Source of the DNA: Lepidodermella squamata
Taxonomy: Eukaryota; Animalia; Gastrotricha
Direction of reading: 5' to 3'
DNA length: 64,000 nt
NCBI GenBank assembly: GCA_047495785.1
Contig: JBLDXI010000046.1
Location: 310,001-374,000 of the forward strand
Shown: positions 38,839-49,056 of the stretch, in pieces
Layout: each line of letters starts with the position of its first letter
Numbering within the stretch: position 1 is the stretch's first letter
Program-made: the position numbers and the translations under genes
The notes under the pieces: generated by a model
What the model saw: only the letters and a program-made list of their open reading frames with translations
The model's database searches: none
What the model was told of the DNA's origin: nothing

Positions 38839-40569
38839 CTAAAATTGCATACCGTCAACACCTGTAAGTTTATAATGCTAACATATTTCGTTTCTGTTAA
38901 TTTTAGATCAACTCACGGGTTGAACAATCCGATCCCGTCCAACCGGCAATGCATGTGCAGTTTTGAGGACTTGTACAGCGGCCGCGAAGGTAGCAACCCT
39001 TGCTGCATATAGCTATAACATGAATGAAAAGATGACAAGCAACTAAATAATCAATTTGAACTACTGAACCATTCAATAAACGTTTCAAAGGTGGCTCGAA
39101 ATTATCAATTTATCTGAGCTGGCAGAAGACTCACGAGAAATGCAATCTGGCGGCTGCCAGTCTGATGTGCAGCTACATCGGTTCGGGCGAATGCATGTGC
39201 CACCATTAGCGCACGCAGATGGACACGTAGCTAAAATGGTCAATGCAGTTATTGGAATGATTTCTCCTTGTCGATTTGAGACGATGTACTTACGTGTATT
39301 GCAAAGCGTACCGGCCCAACCCGGCGAACATGTGCATGTATTCGGGGCCAAACAACGGCCGCCGATGCCACAGCTTGGGTTGCATGTTGCTGCCAACGAA
39401 AGTGTTAAAACAAGCGAGTATTGGCAGACTTCAAGGTGACTTACGCGTTTCACAATCCCAGCCAGCCCAGCCGGCCTGGCACGTGCATCTGTAGCCACCC
39501 ATGCTCGTAAGATCACCGACGCATGAGCCATTTTGACACTTCGAGGGGCACGTGATCTCTGCAAGGGAGGAGTTTTTTTTAAATTTGATTCAGAGTTTGA
39601 TTAAATGTGGGTCGAATTAATTAGGTAATTGTTGCTGAGCATGACTCTATCCAATTTAAAGCAAAGACGCTGATTGAAACTTGAGAATACATCAAAAATC
39701 GAAATATCCGTCAAATGATGTTTCCATTCAATCCCTAACAGCCTAATCAGGTTTTCTTACGATTGATAAGCTGGCATTGTTGCCTCAAAATTGCCATTTC
39801 TTCAAGGGATAAAGCCGCTTTGTGTAATGAAACACAGGCGAACTTCCTGTTGTACGAATTATTGTCAGCTGGCCTGAATAATGATATCAATATGAGCAAT
39901 CGTTCTCAACAGTAAAACTGATACTAACCTTCTTCCTAATGTCAAAAGTGAGCTCGTGTACGCTGTGGATGTGCTGAAAACTGGGCTGACAGCTGTATCG
40001 CAGACGGCGTAAAGCGATGAATTCGCAGCGTTGTAAATGATCGCAAGAAATAGCCACGTCGTAAAATTACAAGCAACGGACTGATAGCCCGTGTTAGCAT
40101 TCCCGAAATACAACACATTGGGTGTAGGATCGCTTCCAGCAGCAGGATTCAAACGCCATAAATGAACTTGTGGATTCCCATTCGCGGTCCATTCAAAAAT
40201 GGAACCCATATTCGGAACGAAAACAAAACCAGCTAGTGTGAACGATGAAGTGCCCATGTTGGCTCTGGCATTGTTAACTTCGATCCAACTTGTAGTGTCA
40301 GCTTTGTTCGTCTCCCAAGAAGTATTGGACGCCCCGAATGGTCCTTGAGCCAGGACACCTGCATTCGAGTTGAAAACAGCGTCCAGAGAGTTGCCAGATG
40401 CGTCACTTAAGCCGAACAGCTCATTGAACGGCCAATACGCAACTACACTTGAAAAATTGAACGCTTGATTTGTTTTGAATTGCGCTATGTACGTCTGGCC
40501 ATTTACCATGGAGTGGAGTAGGCAAATGGCAGGAATTAAATGTGATTTTATACAAAGAAATTTGCCCAT
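38839..40569 (-). CDS. Secreted LamG-like + 4 EGF protein, copy G4 (last exon degenerate)
   Basis: LamG exon is closest to G2; microexon 38853-38861; terminal exon acceptor reads ACG instead of AAG, so it likely ends RVDGMQF*. Confidence 0.85.
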
Positions 40570-41126
40570 TTTTCGCTCTATATGAAAAACTAAGGATTTC
40601 CCACACGGTGGATGGAAAAAATCATTTCATGGTTTCACGAATATTACATGAATCCGCGCACATTGTTTTCTTGGGTTCCGGGCAACAAAGGCATTATTCG
40701 GTTTCTTGATCTACTGCCGCTGTGATCAAAGTAGCAGCTCGCGCTCACGCCCAATTTTATTCGACGGTATAGCACAAACTGATAACTGACATCGACAAAG
40801 CCGGTCGTATCGAACGTCTTATTAGTCGTACATTACACATTGATTTCAGTATTTATGCTGCCGTTGCCCTTAAGGCTGCTTGTTTGCTGGAATATAATTC
40901 AGTTATATGTCTCAGAACTAGGATAACCCAATTTTTGATCATTTAAAATGTTCCATACAACTAGTTCTTTAAGGAATGATCTGAATAAGAGGTGAAAACT
41001 ATATGTTAAATCGGAGGAGGTAAATGTTTATTCCGCTTTTCCAATGAGGGCATCGCGAGCATGAAACTGATTCATTTCGGCAATTCATCGAAATTTGGCC
41101 TAGGCCAAGACGATTGTTATTGGTGA

Positions 41127-42149
41127 TCAGGTTGTAGCAACTGGGCTGCTGCAGGACTTCGCCATACTGAACTGATGGTAGTAATCAAAATCGCAAAACT
41201 CGTGAACATGGGTTGACAAATTAAGATACATAGCAACCTCGAGATATCGCAACGGCGCGTCGCCCCAACGTTTCTCGTAAATTTGATAAGAATCGATCAC
41301 TTCACGCGTGAAACTTTGAATCCCGGGATGGTCGCGAAATGTTGGCACATGCAGGACCTCGAAATTGTTGTAGTAAACTGGAATTTCGTAGTTTTCTCTC
41401 TCCTCCTCCGTCTGCGGAAATACAGGAAGCTGCGATGTGTGAATTGAGCTGCTGCTCTGCTTAGCTATGTACCTCTCCGTAAATTCGACCAAGCCTGCAG
41501 TAACAATTGGGTAATCCGTAGTCAACAACCTATAGCCATACAAGTAGCTCTTCCTTTTCATATATGCAAAGATGTCGTAGTTAATCGCTGAATCTATCTC
41601 TGAGTCCGTGTCCAGTCTTAAGTAGTATTCTACGTCCTGCATAGCAGGGTGTTTAAATACTCCGTGGAACCAGAAATCGCACATATGACGGTAACCTATC
41701 GGCCATCTGTTGCCATTTTCCAATGTATCAGGATTGTAAATCTTGAGGAAATTCTCTGGAATTTCAAATTTAACCTCAACAAACTGAATAAGTTCAGCTT
41801 CGTTTGGATGTAGCCATGAGTTAGTAAATTCGTCGAAAGTTTGCCGCTCCGACGACCCTTCGTGAAAAATTAATATTGGATATCGAAACCTCGAGTTGAA
41901 ATTCGTGAAAAGGCTCTCTAGAGAGTAAGCAAGCTGTTCGTAACGGCTAGCAGTTGCTAGGTAGACGATCACATTGCGTAACTTAGTCGCCTGTTGTTGA
42001 TCGGAGGATGAGGTAATAACGGGATGTGAAACCAGGAGAGAATTCAATTGAATTACGGGTCCGAATAGAGCGAAGCATGCACATGTACCAATTGCTAATG
42101 TAAAACGAAGCCATTTCTTGTTAGCTCGCCATCCTCCCAAGCCTCCCAT
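41127..42149 (-). CDS. GT15-family (Kre2/Mnt1-like) alpha-1,2-mannosyltransferase-like type II membrane protein, 340 aa, CDS intronless
   Basis: N-terminal TM anchor; FNSRFRYP, YRHMCDF, YYLRLDTD, YDIF, YYNNFE and RWGDAP motifs characteristic of Glyco_transf_15. Confidence 0.88.
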   Translation of the reverse strand: MGGLGGWRANKKWLRFTLAIGTCACFALFGPVIQLNSLLVSHPVITSSSDQQQATKLRNVIVYLATASRYEQLAYSLESLFTNFNSRFRYPILIFHEGSSERQTFDEFTNSWLHPNEAELIQFVEVKFEIPENFLKIYNPDTLENGNRWPIGYRHMCDFWFHGVFKHPAMQDVEYYLRLDTDSEIDSAINYDIFAYMKRKSYLYGYRLLTTDYPIVTAGLVEFTERYIAKQSSSSIHTSQLPVFPQTEEERENYEIPVYYNNFEVLHVPTFRDHPGIQSFTREVIDSYQIYEKRWGDAPLRYLEVAMYLNLSTHVHEFCDFDYYHQFSMAKSCSSPVATT

Positions 42150-42561
42150 TGCCTTCCGGCTAAAATAATTTCTATGACAAATAAAATGTATGCTGTGTAA
42201 CCAGTATTTTTAAGTTGTTTTAGACTATGAAAGAGACAGTTGTTTAGAATACTGAGGCTGAAAACTGCCAAATTAATTGTCCATGGCTTAGATCAATCAG
42301 ACGAGAAAAATCCTGTTTTAAAAACACATTTGAACCGGTTGCCTAAGAAACTCATGGAATTTTAGAATCAGCTTAATTTATTTATTTCCCTAAACATGAT
42401 AAGATGCAAAAATCTCCTAAGGTTCATCGTAATGTTAAACTAAACTCTAAACCTCTGATGTTTACATTACTGACAGGTGGTTATGCACACATTAGCTGTA
42501 GCATAACCAATTATTTTTAGGCATTCAAAAAATAGAATTCGGTATGAAAATGAGCAACATT

Positions 42562-42930
42562 CGGCCGCCGTCGTCCTCAAATTATTTTTACAAATTTTTC
42601 GTCATTTGAGAAAATGGTCACCATCCTTAAAAATCATTCTAGAAAACAGGTTCAGGTAGTAACCTTTTGAGCCGCACATTATGGTGAATTTTCCAGATTT
42701 TTATTTCAAGTCTAACTGGTCTCAATTTTTAGTTGAGAATGTGATTTTCGGAATCACTTCGATTCAACATTTTTATTTTTCGATAATTGCCGGTTACGGT
42801 TAGCTAATTGAGAGAACAAACTGTAACTAGTGTGCAGAGCGTCATTGATTACCTGCTGGGTTGTGTCATGGGGGCAACCATTGTGTTGAAAATTTCTCAG
42901 TTTTTTTAATTTGTGAGCGGCGGCGGCCGT
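42562..42930. mobile_element. MITE-like element
   Basis: Imperfect TIR cggccgccgtcgtcctcaaatt / aatttgtgagcggcggcggccg. Confidence 0.5.
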
Positions 42931-43195
42931 ATGAAAACTTGACTATTTCTACTATCTGCAGCAGTAGAATTTGTATTCAGAGGAATTCCAATTGCAAAAG
43001 ACATTTTGTCAGCATAGTTCAAGGTTTGTTATCATGAAGATTTGTTTGTGCTAATCTAAACGGCCGAACAACGATTGAAGCTTTGTTTTTGAGCTAATAG
43101 GAGGAATCGAGATCGCGAATAAAAATTAAAACGAAGACAAGGCTAACCTCGACAATTAAAATATCATTTTTTAAGGTCGATACCACTAACCTAAG

Positions 43196-43435
43196 TTCCT
43201 TTCCTTTCCTTTCCTTTCCTTTCCTTTCCTTTCCTTTCCTTTCCTTTCCTTTCCTTTCCTTTCCTTTCCTTTCCTTTCCTTTCCTTTCCTTTCCTTTCCT
43301 TTCCTTTCCTTTCCTTTCCTTTCCTTTCCTTTCCTTTCCTTTCCTTTCCTTTCCTTTCCTTTCCTTTCCTTTCCTTTCCTTTCCTTTCCTTTCCTTTCCT
43401 TTCCTTTCCTTTCCTTTCCTTTCCTTTCCTTTCCT
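43196..43435. repeat. (TTCCT)48 pentanucleotide microsatellite
   Basis: 240 bp of perfect TTCCT units. Confidence 0.98.
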
Positions 43436-43574
43436 TCCTGTGCGAGCCATAAGTCTCGACTCAACTATTTCACACTGAGATGAATAAAAAAAGCGATGAA
43501 TAATACGGACAACATTTTACTGACACAAAATCGTAATGAAGGGTATGAAAGTACTGCGAAAAATGTATGTAGTA

Positions 43575-43950
43575 TCAGAATAAATAACTGCTGGCAAGCT
43601 GGTCATTTTCAAGAAAAATAGTTGGTTCGCACTTCGCAAGGCAACAGTCACAAGCGAGATCAGAGTTCGATGTAATGGGTTCGAAGATGAGCGGCTGAGT
43701 ACCAGAAGCAGCTGAAGTACAATCGGGACAATTGCAACCCAGGGCGTCGAAATCGAAATTTTTCGAATCATAAATGTTATTGTAGTAGTCGAGATTTGCC
43801 AAAGAAATTATCGACATGATTCGAACCAGCGACTATGGTTTGTTCGCGGAAACATACGACTCAATGGTCGGCGGCGTGGTGTCAATTCGCGACGTAGGAT
43901 GCGAAGGAGGAGCAGCATCGAACGGGCGAGATTCAAGGCTAGAAAACAGC
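43575..43950 (-). pseudogene. Possible decayed exon encoding a Cys-rich segment
   Basis: GC-richer, coding-like stretch (GCNCPDC...ACDCCLAKC) with an in-frame TAG upstream of the ORF; family not recognised. Confidence 0.25.
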
Positions 43951-44372
43951 CGCGGTTCGACTTGATCGAGCGTCGAAATCGCAGAACACGAACAGTGGAA
44001 TTGCTCGGAATTGCGGAATTCCTCCTTCTAATAGCTCAGAAATGGTTCAGCTACAGGGGTCACATGATTTTCCCTGAAATTGATTTCGAATGCCAACTGC
44101 AAAGATATCTTGCCGGAGAACGTAATGGGCAGTCTTAATGCCTTTTTGTAGTAAAAAAAAATTCCGGAGCAGCAAGCACCATCTTCTTCAACGCATCGTA
44201 ACGTAGCCCTTATTTATCAATTCTTTCCGTTTGAAAGATTTGCAAAAAAGGTCTTGGTTGTTTCCAGTTGAATTTAAACGAGTCGCCTGTTTTCCTATGG
44301 AAAAATATTTAATGGAATAAGTCACCGCTTTGAAAAAAACGTCACGCGTCGATACGCGTGTCTTCACTTCGT

Positions 44373-46887
44373 TTAATACTCGAGATATTGGCCGCGATCT
44401 TCGCTGCTAGCCAACTTGTACTATGTGGGCCGTGGGCTCGTTGCTTCTCGCAATTTGACGATAAATTCACTGACTGCCGCGAACTACCCAGTGGTTGTTC
44501 TCTCTTGCGTGAATATCAGGTAGTTGTGAATACACAGAAATTTCCAAGTAGAAGATTATGTCTACTTAATTGCCAGTTCGGAGGCAGCCTGCCAGACCAA
44601 ACGACATGTGTGCGAGCGGTTTGTTTCCTCGCCAAATATATCGAATTTTGTTATTACCCATTATCTTCTTTTCGTTCGCAGACTGCCAGATTGTGCTATG
44701 GATTTTCCACTAATGCAGCAACCTGTCGACCCGGCAATCCAGGATGTGGAAAAACTACCGAAATCATGGTGAGAATTTGACCGCCGTGGTGTTTATTTCT
44801 GAGAGCTATCATTTTTTGGGCTAAAATTACAAAAAAATTAGGAAAATAATATTTTTGACGGCCAAGCTCCGTTTCCAAATTTGTCTTAATCATTCGATAG
44901 TAGTTTATAGATAAAACAATGTCCAGACTGATACCGACGACATTATATTCATTTTGGTAAATGTTTGAGTCAGTGTCCCAGTTTCTGAGACATTCCAGAA
45001 CTATGAAGTAGATTTTTCGTAATCGGAACTATCATTTCAAAAGTTCAGTGTTTTCTTCCACCTTATCATAGAATGCCAGTAGCCGAAGGGAATGCTCGGT
45101 CACAAACGGATGAATTTCCTACTTTGTACTTTGTTCATCTGTTTTCTAGGTTGGAGGTCCCTACAATGGTGCTTTCCCATTCAAGACCAATTTGGTGGCT
45201 TGCACAAAAGATTTCAACTCATTACCTGTAAAAACATGCATCAATTTCCAATCAGCTATTTATACTAAATTGTAATTTTTCAAAAGAACTTGAAATTCGA
45301 TTCCTGCGTTGATTCGAGCCAGAAGTTTGTTAGCTGCGTACCGAGTACATTTACATGCCCAGTCAATACGGTAAATGTGAAAAATATGACTATTGTTTCA
45401 AAATATTTTATTCAAATTAGACGAAAAAATTAACTGGATTAGCAAACTTGGACGCATGCCTGGGGAACGTCAACAGTGAGCGATAACTTTCTTCCCAAGA
45501 ATTTAACGTGATGTGCTTCTTTCCAGGTGATCTTGCCGACTCTGTCAAACCCCACATTCGATGCTTCAGCCCTTCTACTCAGGAATTTACCGGCTGTCGA
45601 CTGAACAGCACCCGCTGCCTAGCTACTGAAACCGACGAATTTTCCACAGGCGTCTACAGAAACAGAGCCGCGTGCCTCTCATGGGTAGCTTTAAGTGCGT
45701 CCTAATCTATTAACATTAAAATTTCAATGTGCCAGAATGCTGTACAGTGCGACACTTCAAATGGCAAGAAATGTTACAACATTTGCCCGAGCGGAGCAAC
45801 AATTGTAAGTTGGATTACATTATGTCGTATGCCTGTCTCATGGGTAGCAATATTTTAAAGCCAATCAATTTTACAGTAAATCACACTAATCAGTCCTTAG
45901 TTCTTCTCATGATCTCCCGTCCCATAATCAAAATTCTGAAAATCCTAATCCTTGCTGCTTTTGCCATACATTTTTCGATAATTAGGTGAAAACTTACTCG
46001 AGCTCGACGAAATTCGCTGACAACTACGCAACCTGTCTTCGTGACTTGAACCGTTATTTCCTGTCGTCTGTCGCTTCTGATTTCTTCCGTCCGCAATTAC
46101 TAGCTTGTCGAAACGAAGGCGGGCAACTGGCAACGATCAAAACTCAAGCTGATCTGGACGCAGCTAATCAAGTTTTAGGCACGACTAAGGCTTTCATCGG
46201 CCTCGTCGCAAGCTTCAGATGGGAGGACGATATGAGTCTCGTTGACATGAACTCGCCATTTTGGGCACCCACTAGCCCCTCTACCATTGGCTCCTGTAAG
46301 TTGAAGAGATTTTCAGTATTTTTATATTGATCAATTCCTGAATAGGTCTGCGCGTCTATTCAGAAGGCTTCATAGATGGTCGATGTGGTGCCAGTAACCC
46401 TGGTCTTTGTTCTGGCGCGGTGAGTAGAATTTGGAGCCTAGACAATCAAATACTTCAACTTTAAGCATTATTCCAGACTTTATCCGACCTTCAGCTAATC
46501 ACTACGTCTGTCAGCCATACAGCCAAGGCAGCTCAGTGTGCGAGCCTGAACAAAACTATGGCTATAATCCGAGATAACGCGACTTTTGAAGCAGCAAGGA
46601 CCTTAGTTGGCAGTGAATCTCGAGCTTGGATCGGAGCTCAACGCATTACACTGGCTGAATATTCCTGGGTTACAGGCAAGCCGTTCAACAACTCACTTAT
46701 CGACTTTTCGCCCTCAGATCCGCCCGGCGAGTTTGTACACTGTAAGTGTTGACAATAAACAAAGAAATCAAGTTGAATTTGAACAATTTGATTTTCAGGC
46801 GTTGCTCTTGATCAAGGCAAGATTGTTCGAGTGGGCTGCCATGGAGGTTCGACTTTGAAACTACCCGCTCTATGCGAGCGCATTTAG
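44373..46887 (+). pseudogene. Five 4-Cys repeats + two C-type lectin-like domains, copy A (ATG missing)
   Basis: About 12 GT-AG exons in frame; CTL-like motifs C..EGGQLATI...AFIGL...FRW and C..LNKTMAII...AWIGA...YSW; homology to copies B and C starts 6 nt after their ATG, so the start codon is replaced. Confidence 0.75.
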
Positions 46888-47595
46888 CTCAACGATCAAT
46901 TAGTGCTGGCAACGAACAACACTAAACGGTCACAAGAATATCAATTTATCGAACTTCTGTGGTGATCTCGGTATTTGAACAGTGTTGGAATAAAATTACT
47001 TACCATCAACGTTCTCATGCAATGTTTAGCTAGAATAAGATATATTTTTAGTTGTTCCAGGCACACTTCAGCTCATGAGACCTTGGACCTAGCACCTAGC
47101 AGTTATTACATCATAGGAGAGCTGCCGTACGAATTGAAAAATTACCCATCACAGGCTCATTCAATTTCCTAAGTTTCAGGTTGAATCAAATGTTACCTGA
47201 AAGAAAAGTCTTAGATAGAATAAAGTGAGCTTTATGGGTCATTGGGAGGTCAACTTTTTTGACCGGTTATGTGAATACACTGTTGTGTAAAAAAGCGTGC
47301 TTATGAATAATATATCTGAGTATTTATATTTACCAACCAAGCAAAAGCACCGGTACTTTCTAGTTTTTCAACGACATGAATTTTAGAAGCCTGAATTTAG
47401 TGCTCGAATTTGTCTTGTCTGTCGAATGAAATTGATGGCACTATGTTTTATTGAGAAATTAGCTCTATATTCCAACCCATTTGTTGTCCCGCCATACTAA
47501 CAGATTTCCGAAATTTTCAGCGTTTGTTTATTCCTGTATTATCCCTGGCTCTTAAATTTCGAGGAATTTATTTGGTTACTATTTTTCATTTCTTC

Positions 47596-48630
47596 ATGGA
47601 TTCCGGAGAGTGGACTATTAGAGGCAAGGTTTGCCTCGTTACTGGTGCCAATGTCGGTCTGGGCCGTGAGACTGTTCTCGAATTGGTGAAGCAAGGCGCA
47701 AAACGAGTCATTATGGCGTGTCGAAACATGCAAACCGCTGCCGAAGCTGTTCAATACATCCGAGAAAAAGCCGGAATAACCGATGACGAGGAAGCCAAGC
47801 GGCGATTGTCCCTTCGAAACCTGGACTTGGCATCGATAGCTTCGATTCGTAAATTTGCCGCTGAAGTGAATGCCCAGGAGCCAGAGTTGCACGTGTTGAT
47901 CGAGAATGCAGCGGTTTACGGGCCGAGTGAAAAAGCTCTCACAGCTGACGGCTTCGAAATAAGCTTCGGGACGAACCATTTGAGTCATTTCCTGCTCACA
48001 CAACTCCTCCTTGATCTGCTGAAAAAGTTGGTTTCCATAATTTTTGAAAATATCATGAAATATATAATATCGCGGCATGTTCGCTCTCTTAGGTCCGCTC
48101 CAGCTCGAATTGTGATCGTTGCAGCCTTGGCTTACAAATTTTGCTGGCCAACGGGGTTTCCTATCGATGATCCTAATTACGAACGGGGCAGCTACGGCCC
48201 TTGGACAGCCTACAGCCGATCGAAACTCGCCAACATTCTGTTCACTCGCGAACTCGAGAAACGGCTGAATGGCAGCGATGGGAAATCGGGCATCACCGTC
48301 TACTGCCTTCATCCTGGCATCATTCAAACTGAATTGATGAGAAATCGTGGTCAATGCCTCCAGACTTTAATGCGCCCGCTTGCTGCTTGCATGTTAACGT
48401 CTCCTTCGGATGGCATTAAAACAACACTCTATTGCGCCACTCAGCCTGGGATCGAAAAATATTCTGGTCGCTACTTCACGTAAATCTGCTTACACATAAA
48501 TATACATAAAATCGATTTTATCCCTGATTTTAGAAATTCCAAAGCAGTCTACGTTTGGGCCATTGCAAGGGACGATGTGAAGGCTGAAAAGCTCTGGGAA
48601 TTAAGCGAGAACTTATTGTCACGGAAATGA
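47596..48630 (+). CDS. RDH11-14-like SDR, copy 6 (exons 47596-48026, 48093-48479, 48534-48630)
   Basis: Close paralogue of copy 4, including upstream DNA (47100-47370 vs 18765-19025); YSRSK motif. Confidence 0.92.
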
Positions 48631-49056
48631 GCGACAGTAACAATAAATGACTTTGTCTCCTTTTTTCATTTCTTTGAACCGAGTGTCAGACAGAAATTTC
48701 CAATAACAAAGGGTTACAGTAAGGCACAAAAGCCAAAGTGTTATCTTCAATAAAGCATATCTCGTGTTATGATTCGATAACTGATGATTCGAGTTCCTGC
48801 GCTTATTCATCGTTCGTTGTAGCATTTTCCCGGCCGGTAATTTTGTCGGGTGGAGTTGCAAAACCAGATCAAGCTTTATTTTCACGCAGATAAGCACATC
48901 GTTATTGCAAGTAAGCATCGTTAATGCTTCAAGATAATCTAAGAATGAAAATCTACAGAAATGGCTTTTGGAACTGAAGTCGACATAACTGAATTCAAAG
49001 CAGCGATGCTATCACTGCACACAGAGTTATTGATAAGGAGTTAGACGCAATTCAGT

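Noticed and set aside
43094-43464. ORFs encoding (KGKER)n
   Set aside because: Translation of the (TTCCT)n microsatellite; no evidence of a gene.
47539-48354. 271-aa antisense ORF, and similar antisense ORFs over the other SDR and LamG exons
   Set aside because: Shadow frames opposite real coding exons; they recur only because the sense genes are paralogous.
47524-48483. 319-aa apparently single-exon SDR ORF
   Set aside because: It reads through a 66-nt stop-free intron (48027-48092) at the same position as in all paralogues; the true start is 47596.
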